A stretch of 64,000 bases of DNA. Origin: a virus. Every line of letters starts with the position of its first letter. Positions within the stretch are counted from its first letter, which is position 1. The position numbers and the translations under genes are program-made. The stretch is taken from positions 85,125-149,124 of the IMG/VR virus record IMGVR_UViG_3300050120_000210. The stretch is one strand, 5' to 3'. Of the stretch, positions 1-10,200 are shown piece by piece. The notes beneath the pieces are model-generated. The model ran no database searches and was not told the origin of the DNA. It saw only the letters and a program-made list of their open reading frames with translations.

Positions 1-1758
1 GCCTACATTGAGCCGGTCTTCGAAGTGGAAGGACACACCGCACCAAAGCTCGCCGTTTTCAATACGTGCGGTGTTGGCTTCGCGGGTGACGACCTCGCTG
101 ATTTGATGGAAGCCGGAGCTTCCACAAAGCTCCTGCAAGCACAGGGTGGCACGAACCACGGCGAGGGCCTGAAATATGCCTCGTGCAAGTTCAACGAACT
201 TGGCATTGTGGTGACCAGCCGCAAAGGCGACGTGATTACGCGAGTTAAGCTCTTCAAGGGCAGTGATGGTCTTTTCCATCGCGCCATGTATCTCGCGCCC
301 GGCCTTCGGCAACGCTATCTGAATCTCGGGCCGGGCGATCTGAGCGCGGAAGATACCGTGCGATATGAACGCCCCGGTGATTTCTACGACGTGAAGTTCT
401 TGGGCAACGCCACGGATCAGAACACGTTTGAGAATCCGTATGGTGTTGCGAACCCCGAACAGGATGTGATTCTCAAGGAAATCACCACACGATTTTCTAT
501 CATCGGATACATGTGCCCAAAGGCGCTGCGTCTGATTTATCGGGAACAAGATGGCACGGAAACTGTTGTTCGTTCCTTCTCGGATGCGGTGTGCGACCCC
601 TCCATCAAGTTCGAGCCTACGAAAGACCCAGTGACGGGTATTGAAGTTGATTTCTACTACTACGACGACTCCAAAACCAAAATCAATCCCTTCGAGAAGT
701 TCTTTGGTCACCAAGGTTCGCGAATTGCGCTGGAATACCGTGGTGAACAATTTGATGTTCTTCAGGGCAAGGATTGGTCCAACAAATCCGGCCAATACGG
801 ATTCGGTGGAATGGGTCGTAATATCAGCATCATCATTCGTGTGCCGGGTTGCAGCGACAATGATGATCGCACGTCATTGCTGGTCAACAGTGTTCCGGTC
901 ACTACCAAAGATTATATCAGCGAAATCCAATCTCTCATGCCGATTTGGATGGAAGATTTGATCCGCAACAATCGGCCAAAGGCCGAAAAGGATTTGCAGT
1001 CCGAATTCCAAAAGTTGCTTGATTCGCTGACGATGATTTCAGCCACCCAGTCTGCAACTGGTTCGGTGAGCGTTACTCAGCAAGTTCAGGCGACCGTGAC
1101 CAAGGGTCCGCCGCGCGGCCCAGTTATCAATCCCGGCGTCAGTCATCCCGGCGCCAAAACGCCCGGCGACGGAACCGGGACGGTCACTCAACCGAACGTC
1201 CTCGCCACTGTGACTATGAGCGGCCCGCAGTCCAAACAAGTCACAGCACCCGATGTGTCATGGGTTCTCAACCTGTCTGGTTTCATCGATCTTCAGGGTA
1301 AGGGTAGCATGTTCACCAAAGGGAGTGCCTACTATTACATGAACGAGAATTTCCCGGTCATCGACAATCTGATTAATCAGGTTTTGGTGAATTACGCTGC
1401 GCGTAGCACCAAAGCCGTTATCGGAGACGACGAGATTTATGAAATCACTCGCAACGAAGTGAAGGTCCACTGCGCGCGAGTGGTCGGGCGCTACATCGCT
1501 CGAAATCTCGCCAAGGTGAGCAATTTGGCCTATTCCGAAACGGACATTTATCGCCACGGTCTGTCAATTACGGCTCTTACGACGGTTTTCGAAAGCTGTC
1601 TTGAAGATGCGGCCGACGTTTGGAATCGTTTGCGCGGCACAACCGCATGGACGCACCGCATCGCCAAACTTAACAGCGTCACCAAGAAAGCCCACGTATC
1701 ACCGGAAGACATCGACAAGGTCGTCCCGTTCGATGCACCAACGGCCCTCACCGCCTAA
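1..1758 (+). CDS. GHKL (Hsp90/MutL/MORC-like) ATPase domain protein, 5'-truncated by window edge
   Basis: Frame open from base 1; Bergerat-fold-like motifs NTCGVGF, ASTK, NHGEGLK; followed by a terminator. Confidence 0.55.
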   Translation, partial: AYIEPVFEVEGHTAPKLAVFNTCGVGFAGDDLADLMEAGASTKLLQAQGGTNHGEGLKYASCKFNELGIVVTSRKGDVITRVKLFKGSDGLFHRAMYLAPGLRQRYLNLGPGDLSAEDTVRYERPGDFYDVKFLGNATDQNTFENPYGVANPEQDVILKEITTRFSIIGYMCPKALRLIYREQDGTETVVRSFSDAVCDPSIKFEPTKDPVTGIEVDFYYYDDSKTKINPFEKFFGHQGSRIALEYRGEQFDVLQGKDWSNKSGQYGFGGMGRNISIIIRVPGCSDNDDRTSLLVNSVPVTTKDYISEIQSLMPIWMEDLIRNNRPKAEKDLQSEFQKLLDSLTMISATQSATGSVSVTQQVQATVTKGPPRGPVINPGVSHPGAKTPGDGTGTVTQPNVLATVTMSGPQSKQVTAPDVSWVLNLSGFIDLQGKGSMFTKGSAYYYMNENFPVIDNLINQVLVNYAARSTKAVIGDDEIYEITRNEVKVHCARVVGRYIARNLAKVSNLAYSETDIYRHGLSITALTTVFESCLEDAADVWNRLRGTTAWTHRIAKLNSVTKKAHVSPEDIDKVVPFDAPTALTA

Positions 1759-1759
1759 T

Positions 1760-1792
1760 GAAAGGCCCCCGGATTTCGGGGGCCTTTCTCTT
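1760..1792 (+). terminator. Rho-independent terminator
   Basis: gaaaggcccccg-gattt-cgggggcctttc hairpin then tctt, directly after the stop codon. Confidence 0.8.
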
Positions 1793-1903
1793 GGTCCATG
1801 TCACGCTCCCCGTCTATAGAGTGAGGGCTTGTTACCCACCGCCGTCTATGATGGTAGAGGGAGACTGTCTCGCCCTCGGACTAGATATCAGGAGGACGAC
1901 ATC

Positions 1904-2122
1904 ATGGGTTGGATCAGCAAGCGGTTCTCACAGAACCGAAGCAAGTGGGGCAAGACGATCTCGGAGGAAAAGCGCCGAGCGCCTCTCCGCAGGATCGTGC
2001 ATGTCATTCGCGCTCGCGAAAGTTTGTTCGACAGCGATTGGGTCGAACTGGAATGCGGGCATCAGGTTCACGCATTCGGCGACATCCGCGCACGATGCGT
2101 GAAATGTCTCAGACAGCCTTGA
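1904..2122 (+). CDS. small Zn-ribbon-like hypothetical protein
   Basis: AGGAGG RBS before ATG 1904; LECGH...CVKC motif. Confidence 0.6.
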   Translation: MGWISKRFSQNRSKWGKTISEEKRRAPLRRIVHVIRARESLFDSDWVELECGHQVHAFGDIRARCVKCLRQP

Positions 2123-2139
2123 AGAGAATCGTGAGCAAT

Positions 2140-2174
2140 AAAAAAGGCCGGGCGAACCCGGCCTTCTCTATTTT
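2140..2174. terminator. bidirectional terminator
   Basis: aaaaaaggccggg-cgaa-cccggccttctctatttt between convergent genes. Confidence 0.8.
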
Positions 2175-2186
2175 CGGTCGAAGACC

Positions 2187-2621
2187 TTACTTCTTCTTCG
2201 AACCGGCGTCGTCTTGGCTCGGCGCCGCCGGACGTTCCGGGCGGTGACCAGCTTCGAGGATCGGCATGGCGCCCTCGGTCGGCACGTAGATGATCTGATC
2301 GTGCGACGTGGCGAGGTTGTTGATGTAGAGGTAACGGAGGTAGTCCTCGTTGCCCTTCAGGCCGTCGCCGATGATCTTGTTGGCGTCGCGGACACCTTCA
2401 GCCCGGCGGACTTCCGCCTTGGCTTCGTAGTCGGCGCTTTCATACTTCGCCTTCGCCGTCTGGACGGCGACTTGCTTGCTGGCTTCGGCCTTGGCCAACT
2501 CGGCTTGCCCTTCCATCTTGGAAGTGTAGACGTTGTAGGACGGGCAGCCATATAGACCGGTGCCGACGCAGGCCAGAACGACGAAGAGCACGATGGCTCC
2601 GAGCTTGATGATTTGGGACAA
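2187..2621 (-). CDS. membrane-anchored SPFH/band-7-like coiled-coil protein
   Basis: N-terminal TM helix; AEVRRAEG..AN..I...L...YLRYL.I..L and IIYVPTE resemble the SPFH C-terminus; upstream TTGACC-N16-TAGGGT. Confidence 0.65.
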   Translation of the reverse strand: MSQIIKLGAIVLFVVLACVGTGLYGCPSYNVYTSKMEGQAELAKAEASKQVAVQTAKAKYESADYEAKAEVRRAEGVRDANKIIGDGLKGNEDYLRYLYINNLATSHDQIIYVPTEGAMPILEAGHRPERPAAPSQDDAGSKKK

Positions 2622-2692
2622 AACGGGGTCTCCTTTGAGTTGAACTTAATTGGACCCTATCCTGAGTTTCAATCTGGTCAACGAAAATGCGC

Positions 2693-2698
2693 TAAATA
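2693..2698 (+). promoter_or_regulatory. T4-like late promoter core TAAATA, 4 nt before ATG
   Basis: gcTAAATAtcggATG; the motif recurs upstream of more than 10 genes. Confidence 0.7.
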
Positions 2699-2702
2699 TC
2701 GG

Positions 2703-3824
2703 ATGCGCTATCACGAGATCACCGAGGCCATTGCCAATCCGCCCCGTGCTCTGGGCGCTTACGTGCGTAAACGCATCTCCGAACTCAAGTCCATCGTCTC
2801 CGCAAGAGATCGCGCAGCCCAGATCGTTTCCGCAAACGAAAAACTTGGCGAGCCAATGCTGAATTATTTTCTGCGATATGGATCGGACAATGTCGAAGCG
2901 GCAAACGACCTCGGCTATGCGATCCATATCGCCAAGAACCTAGATCGCTATCGCCCGCTCGATCAACTGCTTTCCAATTTGGAAGCGTTCCTCGCGCACG
3001 GCCACGAGTTTCGTCGCTACGTGCTGAACTCATTCGCCTATGCGGAGCCGATCCCAGAAGATGCAAAAAAAACATTCTCGGTTCTTGACACGGCTGAGGT
3101 TGGCGCCGAAAAATACGGCTTCAAACCGAACGACCCCGACAACGCCAAAGACGAGGAGTTCGTAGCGGCCATGGCATTGCTTGAAGGTTTGCGACTTTTC
3201 GACGGAGCCTATCAGAAAGGCGAAACACTCTGGGCGGACGTGAGCCACAAAATTGGGCTCATCGGTCGTGGTCGCCCGGAGCATGATGCTGTTGAGACAC
3301 TCTACCACGCCACGGCGTTTGTTCCTGAGATTTTGAGAGACGGTTTTGCGGCCGAACGCCCACTGGATCGGCGCGGCCTCGGAAACCTTGGCGAAGTGAA
3401 CGCCACCATCTCCTTCACCCACGATCTCGACTTGGCGCGCAATCTAATGCGCTCGCTCAAGGAAATCTGGATGATTGCCCACGGTCAATTGAAGGCACGG
3501 CAGATCGTCAGTTGGATTCGCATCGAGGGGTTGGAGAAGCAAGTCAGTGGGATGTATCCCCACGGGACCAACCTCGACGCCCTGAACACACCGGAAGAAG
3601 CCGTCACACTCTATCGTTACTGGCTTGCGTTCTCGAAGATGCGTGTCGATCCCACGTTCGTTTCACCAGAACGTCTTCTCACGGTGATGGCTGATCGGAA
3701 AGAGTCCGACATCGGCGTGTTGGTCTGCGAAGTCGAGATCAGCATGAAGGATGAATATTTCGCGGGAGAATCGGAGTTCCGTTTGACGCCGGACAAAGTC
3801 CTATCGGTCAAACGCCAGTTCTAA
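2703..3824 (+). CDS. putative virion-internal protein with C-terminal ADP-ribosyltransferase-like domain
   Basis: Leader MRYHEITE; LYHAT...ISFT.D...ESE motif order typical of the ART fold. Confidence 0.55.
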   Translation: MRYHEITEAIANPPRALGAYVRKRISELKSIVSARDRAAQIVSANEKLGEPMLNYFLRYGSDNVEAANDLGYAIHIAKNLDRYRPLDQLLSNLEAFLAHGHEFRRYVLNSFAYAEPIPEDAKKTFSVLDTAEVGAEKYGFKPNDPDNAKDEEFVAAMALLEGLRLFDGAYQKGETLWADVSHKIGLIGRGRPEHDAVETLYHATAFVPEILRDGFAAERPLDRRGLGNLGEVNATISFTHDLDLARNLMRSLKEIWMIAHGQLKARQIVSWIRIEGLEKQVSGMYPHGTNLDALNTPEEAVTLYRYWLAFSKMRVDPTFVSPERLLTVMADRKESDIGVLVCEVEISMKDEYFAGESEFRLTPDKVLSVKRQF

Positions 3825-4450
3825 GCGCACGAGTGCCCCATGCGAAAACCCATGTTGGCAAACTTTTGCTGAAGACGTTTTCCTTCGAGTTCGTTCATCA
3901 TCCTGAATGACCACTGATTGATCTGCGTCTCCACGCCGCCGCGTGGCAGTGACTTACCGACGTTGGCGAACGTTTGCTCAATTTCCAACATCTCGCGATA
4001 GTCCAAATCGTGCTCCCATCGCCGCCGCCAGCGAATTGGCTGGAAATCGAACGTGAACATATGACTGTGGAGACCTTGATAAGTGTGCTCTTGGCGGACA
4101 CTGATGAGGCTGACCACGAAATCATTGGGCAACGTGGATCGAAACATGATTCCGTCCAACCAATCGGCGGTGGGCTCCCAGCTAAGAAACGATGTGAAAC
4201 CTTCTTCCCACAAAAACGTGGCGCGTTCGCGCGTCTTGACCATCGAACCATCGGGCATATGGGTCATCTCGATGGTGACCGGAACTCCGACGTTGAAATA
4301 TTCCTGAACGAGGTTCTTGTCGGTATCGACCCAGTTGTGGCCGCGTTTCCATTCGCCAACATGCAGGCCGCTGTGAGACAGACTTCGTTCGATGAACTCG
4401 GAGCCGAGAACTTCGTAGAGTAAGCGGGTCTCGACAACTTGCGAGATCAT
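3821..4450 (-). CDS. hypothetical protein
   Basis: 209 aa ORF; ATGA overlap with the upstream ORF. Confidence 0.6.
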   Translation of the reverse strand: MISQVVETRLLYEVLGSEFIERSLSHSGLHVGEWKRGHNWVDTDKNLVQEYFNVGVPVTIEMTHMPDGSMVKTRERATFLWEEGFTSFLSWEPTADWLDGIMFRSTLPNDFVVSLISVRQEHTYQGLHSHMFTFDFQPIRWRRRWEHDLDYREMLEIEQTFANVGKSLPRGGVETQINQWSFRMMNELEGKRLQQKFANMGFRMGHSCA

Positions 4451-4629
4451 GCAGCCAGCCGTTGTTTCGAGCCTTCGTAGTCGGCCCAGAATTGAATGGC
4501 CTGCTTAACGGCGTCGGCCGCGAAACCTTCTCGCAAGAGGATGCTTTCGAGATTCTTCAGCGAACGGATTTGCCGATCTTTGGCGATCTGAACCGCAGCA
4601 CGAACGGCTTCAAATACATCGTCGGGCAT
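4447..4629 (-). CDS. small hypothetical protein
   Basis: GGAGG RBS; upstream TTGACC-N16-TAGCTT promoter. Confidence 0.6.
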   Translation of the reverse strand: MPDDVFEAVRAAVQIAKDRQIRSLKNLESILLREGFAADAVKQAIQFWADYEGSKQRLAA

Positions 4630-4696
4630 TCGAGCCTCCGGTCTGTTGAAAAATTCTATCCAGAACAGAAGCTACCACCATTTAGCAAGTGGTCAA

Positions 4697-5470
4697 CTAA
4701 AAGGCGACCTCGACTAGCTTGTGACCCTTCTCGAAAATATTGGCCAATGCTTCCTTGTCGAGCATCTTGTAGAACGAGCCATCAATTTTGCGAGCGATGG
4801 GGAAACGCATCGCCATTTTGGTCCACTCCGGCGTAGCCACAGTATAGAGCCACATCTTGGTGTAGACTTTGCTCATGCGGCCCTGCCACTTGTGCTTGAT
4901 CGTTTCAAGTTCGGCATGGGCCAGCTTAGGAGAGATCAACGCGAACATGTAGGAGTTGTCGGCCTTCTGGACGAGGATCACGCCAACGGCCTTCAGCGCC
5001 ATCTCGTTGGCAAGTTCGTCGTCGGCCGTGCTGTCCTTCAACGGAACGCGAATGCCGCTGAGACGGCTGATCTCGCGCAGCTTGGACAAGAACTTCTGCC
5101 CATGATTTTCGGCCGTGTCCCCGATGTGGTAGAAATAGACGTGGATCATCTCGTGCAAAAGAATGCCGTCGATGGTCTCCGGGGTTCGTTTGAACATCGA
5201 CGAAATTTGCAAGATCATGCTACCGGGCACGAGCTTGGTATAGTGTGCCATCATATGGCGCGGAGCAGCTTTGTATTGCTTGCCGTTCCTAATTTTCACC
5301 GGGCCGGTATAAGTCGTGCGAGCTTTTACGACGCCACCGATGCCCTTCAATTGAGCAAACTCAACCGGAATCTTCGGGAGTTCACCGTTGAAATAGGCAT
5401 TGTTGAACTTATCGTATGTCCCCTGAAGGTCGTAGGCTTCGGGGTTTTCGTATAGCTCACGGTAGCGCAT
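4697..5470 (-). CDS. SprT-like zinc metalloprotease, putative virion-internal protein
   Basis: FN..YF.GELP, LLHEMIH, HG..F motifs; leader MRYRELYE; TAAATA 4 nt before ATG. Confidence 0.75.
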   Translation of the reverse strand: MRYRELYENPEAYDLQGTYDKFNNAYFNGELPKIPVEFAQLKGIGGVVKARTTYTGPVKIRNGKQYKAAPRHMMAHYTKLVPGSMILQISSMFKRTPETIDGILLHEMIHVYFYHIGDTAENHGQKFLSKLREISRLSGIRVPLKDSTADDELANEMALKAVGVILVQKADNSYMFALISPKLAHAELETIKHKWQGRMSKVYTKMWLYTVATPEWTKMAMRFPIARKIDGSFYKMLDKEALANIFEKGHKLVEVAF

Positions 5471-5755
5471 ACGATATTTAGCGCGGGGAGGGCTTGCCCG
5501 GCTTGTCTCTGGTCTTGGTAGCACGGGAACCACACGTCTTACATTTCGATCCAGCCGTGACCTTATCTCGATCACAGCCCGAGCACCAAAATGATTTTGA
5601 GCGGGGCTCTCGCGAAGCTTCGCGATTGGTCAGTTCGTATTGGAAATCGTTTGACATTGTTTTTGAGTATAGTAGAAAACGCCGGTCAACAGAACCCTGA
5701 TGGACAACTCTGTTGGAACTGGTCGGGTGACTGGGCCTTTTTAACGTCGAATATC

Positions 5756-5789
5756 CAGTGGCCTCGGTGAGAAATCACCGGGGCCATTG
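5756..5789. terminator. stem-loop terminator downstream of 5794..7074
   Basis: cagtggcctcggtga-gaaa-tcaccggggccattg. Confidence 0.65.
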
Positions 5790-5793
5790 TCGT

Positions 5794-7074
5794 TTACGCC
5801 TTGGCGAAAACCTCGTTCATGTTTTCCTCTGACGCATACATCTTCGTGCCATCGGGCAGCTTCACGTCGTGGAACGTGGTCGGGAAGCGATAGAAGAACG
5901 TCGGCCGAGACATGCGGAACGTCTGAACGTAGGATTGCACGATGGATTGCTTCACGTTGAAACTCGAACCATCGGGGAAGGCGAAGGTCAGCAACGCGGT
6001 GATGATACCCGAGTTCGTGTTGATGCTGACGACTTTCTCTTGGAAGTCCCCACCCTTGGTCGTCAGGATCGGCGCCAGCTTGGCGGTGTTCTTGTAGACG
6101 AACTCGTTCTGCATGGCTTCGACTTGCTCTTCCGCGATGCCGTCGAGCTTGGTCTGCCAATCGGCATACAGAGCCTTCGTCTGGTAATCCATGAGCATCA
6201 TAATCAGAGCGGAGTCCCTCGCCATTTTCTTGGCGCGTTCCGGGTCGTTGGCCATGGAGTCGATGAAACTTTGCACCGACTTGGTCATCCATTCGATCAG
6301 GTGGACCTTCTGGGCGGCGCGAACGTCGTTGGTCATTTCCTTCAGGAGAGCGAAGATTTTCTTGGTCTGGGCGCTCGATGACGGCGGCGGGGTGTAGGGT
6401 TTCTTCGGGTCTTGCTTGGCTTGCAGCGGCTCCATGCCCAGCAGAGCCAAAATTTGTTCCATGAAATCGGTTTCGGTGGCGGCCCACTTGAAGAACGTCT
6501 CGAACGTCGTCGGGTTGACCGCGCCGTTTTTGTAGTCTCCGCAGATTTCGTAGGTCGCGCCGTCCGACGAGGTGACGACGTAGGCGCTGCACCACACGAA
6601 GAACTCGAAATCGATCTCGATGCGCTGATAAGAGCCGCGCTTGGACTCGGCTGCCCGGAGGTTTCGGATTTCGTAGCGGCCTTTCTTGCTCAGGTTGGCT
6701 TGCATGAGCGGAAGGACTTGTTCCTTCATCTGGGCGTAGGCGAGCTTGCTGCGGTCGTTCCAGTCGGAATCTCGCGACGATTCCGGCGCGGGGTCGAACT
6801 CGGCGTAGTATTTTATCTCATTGGAGTGGTAGGTCTTGCCGCCATGGTTGCCATACATCTTCTTGACCATGTCGCCGAACGGCGTCGCACCGAGCACCCA
6901 GCCACCGTCTGACGGCTTGAGCACCTTGGTGTTCTCGATCTTCCAGCCTTGCAGATTGCCGATGATTTCGGTCAGAAGCTTCGCATTCAGCGCAGCAGCA
7001 CCACCCTTCCGCATCTTGAGCATCATATGTTCAACGGCGGGGGTGAGGGATTCCATGATCTCGTGGGCGCGCAT
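5794..7074 (-). CDS. putative virion-internal protein, unknown function
   Basis: 426 aa; leader MRAHEIME; GGAGG RBS and TAAATA (7097-7102) upstream. Confidence 0.7.
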   Translation of the reverse strand: MRAHEIMESLTPAVEHMMLKMRKGGAAALNAKLLTEIIGNLQGWKIENTKVLKPSDGGWVLGATPFGDMVKKMYGNHGGKTYHSNEIKYYAEFDPAPESSRDSDWNDRSKLAYAQMKEQVLPLMQANLSKKGRYEIRNLRAAESKRGSYQRIEIDFEFFVWCSAYVVTSSDGATYEICGDYKNGAVNPTTFETFFKWAATETDFMEQILALLGMEPLQAKQDPKKPYTPPPSSSAQTKKIFALLKEMTNDVRAAQKVHLIEWMTKSVQSFIDSMANDPERAKKMARDSALIMMLMDYQTKALYADWQTKLDGIAEEQVEAMQNEFVYKNTAKLAPILTTKGGDFQEKVVSINTNSGIITALLTFAFPDGSSFNVKQSIVQSYVQTFRMSRPTFFYRFPTTFHDVKLPDGTKMYASEENMNEVFAKA

Positions 7075-7251
7075 GAATAGTTCCTCCGTAATGTCCTATT
7101 TAGAATAGCTCAGTTTGAGAGTAGCGCAAGGATAAAACAAGCATAGGTCGAGTAGAATATCGCTTTCTGGGTGGAGATAAATACAAGCTCCCACACGCGT
7201 GCTGTTTGGATAAGTAAACCAAACACATCTTTGCAGAAAGTTATTACCCCC

Positions 7252-10200
7252 ATGGGCATCAAGTACGACGGTCTGAAACTTGTTTGGTTGCACCAGTTCG
7301 GGGGTTCGACGACTTTGCTGACGTGGGTCAGCCCGGATGAAGGTGATGTCGGCTCTTTTGTCGGCGGCGCCAAAGCATTCATTCCCGCCGCAGTTCGTGT
7401 CATCAATGGCCCGCGCCCGACTTTCAGCTTGTCTTCGGGTTCTCTGCCCACGGGCCTTAGCCTCGATACTTCGAGCGGCGCGGTCTCGGGTATCCTCAAC
7501 AACATCGTCGGAAGCTACTCCTACACCCTCAAGGCTCAAAGTGGTCAAGTCAGTGTTGAACGCACGTTCTCTGCAAACGTCGCGGTCAACCAAGCACCTG
7601 TGTGGAACACTCCGGCCGGTTCGCTGGGCAGCCAATTCGACAATACGCCCGTCAACCTGACGCTCGACGCTGTCGATCCTGAAGCTCAGCCCGTCACGTT
7701 CGCTCTGATCGCTGGTTCTCTGCCCGGCGGTCTGAACCTGTCCAACACCGGTGCGATCACCGGTCTGTTGAGCCCGGTCACCGACGACACGACGTTCTTC
7801 TTCACCCTGACCGCTTCGGATGGCGTGCTCAACACGCAACGTGCGTTCAGCTTCACTGCCCTGCTCGATCAAGCCCCGGTTTGGAGCACGCACGGCAATC
7901 TTGGCACGCCCATCGAAAGCAGTGCATTCACGTTCCCGCTGGTGGTCACTGGCGCCCGCGCTCTGACCTACACCGTCACTGGCGGCCAACTTCCCGTTGG
8001 TCTGACGTTGGATGCCAACACCGGCGTGATCTCCGGCACGACGCCCGCCGTCGCGCTCGACTCCACGTCTACTTTCATCGTCAGCGCGTCGGATGGCGTG
8101 AAGGCTACGGCTCAAACTCTGTCCATCATCGTCAAGAAGAACCTTCCCCCGGTTTGGAGTTCGAGCGGCACGGTCGCGACTGATTTCGGCGGCAAGGCAG
8201 TCAACTTCAACCTCATCGCGGTCGATCCCAACGGTTCGTCCGTCACCTTCACGTTGGGCAATGGTTCGGTTCTGCCGGGCGACCTGACTCTGTCGAACAC
8301 CGGTCTCATCAGCGGCAACCTGCCCGATGTGGTCGCGTCCACCGACTTCAGCTTCACGGCTGTTGCAAGCGATGGTCTGCTGACCACGCCTCGCGCCCTG
8401 AAGATTCGCACGCTCCTCAACCAACCTCCGGTTTGGGATACGGCTTCCGGCCTCTCCCCGGTTCTCGAAGAAATGGCGTTCACTCGCGTTGTGTCGGCTC
8501 ACGACCCCGCTGGTGTCCAAGCAATTCACTATAAGCTGGCGAGTGGTTCCCTGCCCGATGGCGTGACGTTGTCCAACAACGGCGTCATTAGCGGCACCCC
8601 CGGCACGGTGGTGTCTGACACCGAGTATGATTTCAACATCGAAGCGAACAACGGCGTCCTCGCGGCTTCGCAAGATTTCACGCTCATCGTCGCCAAGAAC
8701 GTGGCTCCGGTGTGGTCCAGCAACGCTGGCCTCATCAACACCGTCCAAGGTCTGTCGATCTATAACTATAACCTGTCGGGACACGACGGCAACGGCACCA
8801 TCCCGGTCTACACTCTGACGGCTGGCGCTCTGCCGGACGGCATCTCACTGTCCACGAGCGGAACCCTGTCGGGTACGGTCGGCAACGTCGCAAACGCCAC
8901 GCAGTATGACTTCACCGTCGCTCTGAACGATGGCTTCAATGCACCAGTCGGCCGTAGTTTCTCGATCATCGTCACACCGAACGCACTGCCGGTGTGGGTC
9001 ACCAACTCGGGCACCATCGCTTCGGCTTTCGAAACGGCTCCGATCAGCGTCTTCATCAACGCGTTCGACCCGGAAGGCGCGCAGATCACCTACTACATGG
9101 TTGGTTCTTCGAAGCTGCCTGATGGCGTGTTCCTGAACGGGTCCACCGGTCTCATTTCCGGCTCCCTGCCGAACGTTACGGAAGACACTGACTTCTCGTT
9201 CAACATCTACGCGGATGACGGCACCCCGAACAACGCCCGCCGCGCTGCTCGTATTTTCACGATCCACACAGTCTTCAACTCGGCGCCCGTGTTCCAGACG
9301 CCCGCAAACCTTGGCACGAGCATCGAAGGCCGCAACTATTCGCTGCAACTGAGCGCCACTGGTGTCGGTAACGGCCCGATGATCTACACCCTGTCGTCTG
9401 GCACGTTGCCCGCTGGTCTGACCCTGTCCCGCAGTGGTCTGATCTCCGGCGTGCTTCCGGCAGCCGCAACAGATACCGGCTACACCTTCACGGTCAATGC
9501 CTTCAACGGCATCAAGAACGCAACGCGTACCTTCACGCTGACGGTCGCCCACGATCTGCCCCCGGTGTGGACCAGCAACGCTGGCACGCTCGGCAGCTTC
9601 TTCGGCAACAACGCCTTCTCGATCCAACTGGCCTCGGCTGACCCGAATGGCGTTGGCGTCGTCTACTCGTTGGCGAACGCCACGACTCTGCCCCACGGCG
9701 TCTCTCTGTCTACCGGTGGTTTGGTTTCCGGTTCGCTCGACATCGTCGCGAACAACACGACCTACAACTTCACCGTTCGTTCGTCGGATGGTGTCTTGAG
9801 CGCCGACCGCAGCTTCTCGCTCACCTCGCTCGCCGAAGTGGCGCCGAACTGGGTCACCCCGGCCGGTCAAATCGCACAAGTGTTCAAGAACACGAGCTAC
9901 AGCAGCTTCTTGGTCGCTGCCGATTCGCAACATCTTCCGATCACCTACACCGTTGTGTCTGGGTCTCTGCCCACTGGTCTGACGCTGAACGCCAACACCG
10001 GCTTGCTTGCCGGTATCACGGCCAACGTTAGCATCAACACCGAATACGATTTCACTGTCCGTGCATCGAACGGCACGCTGACTTCCGACCGAGCCTTCTC
10101 GTTCGTCGTTCAATCGGTCGCAACACCAGCATGGGTCACACCGGCCGGGTCGCTGGGTTCGATCCTGTCCGGCTACACCGGTGTCTTCAGCATGGTTGCG

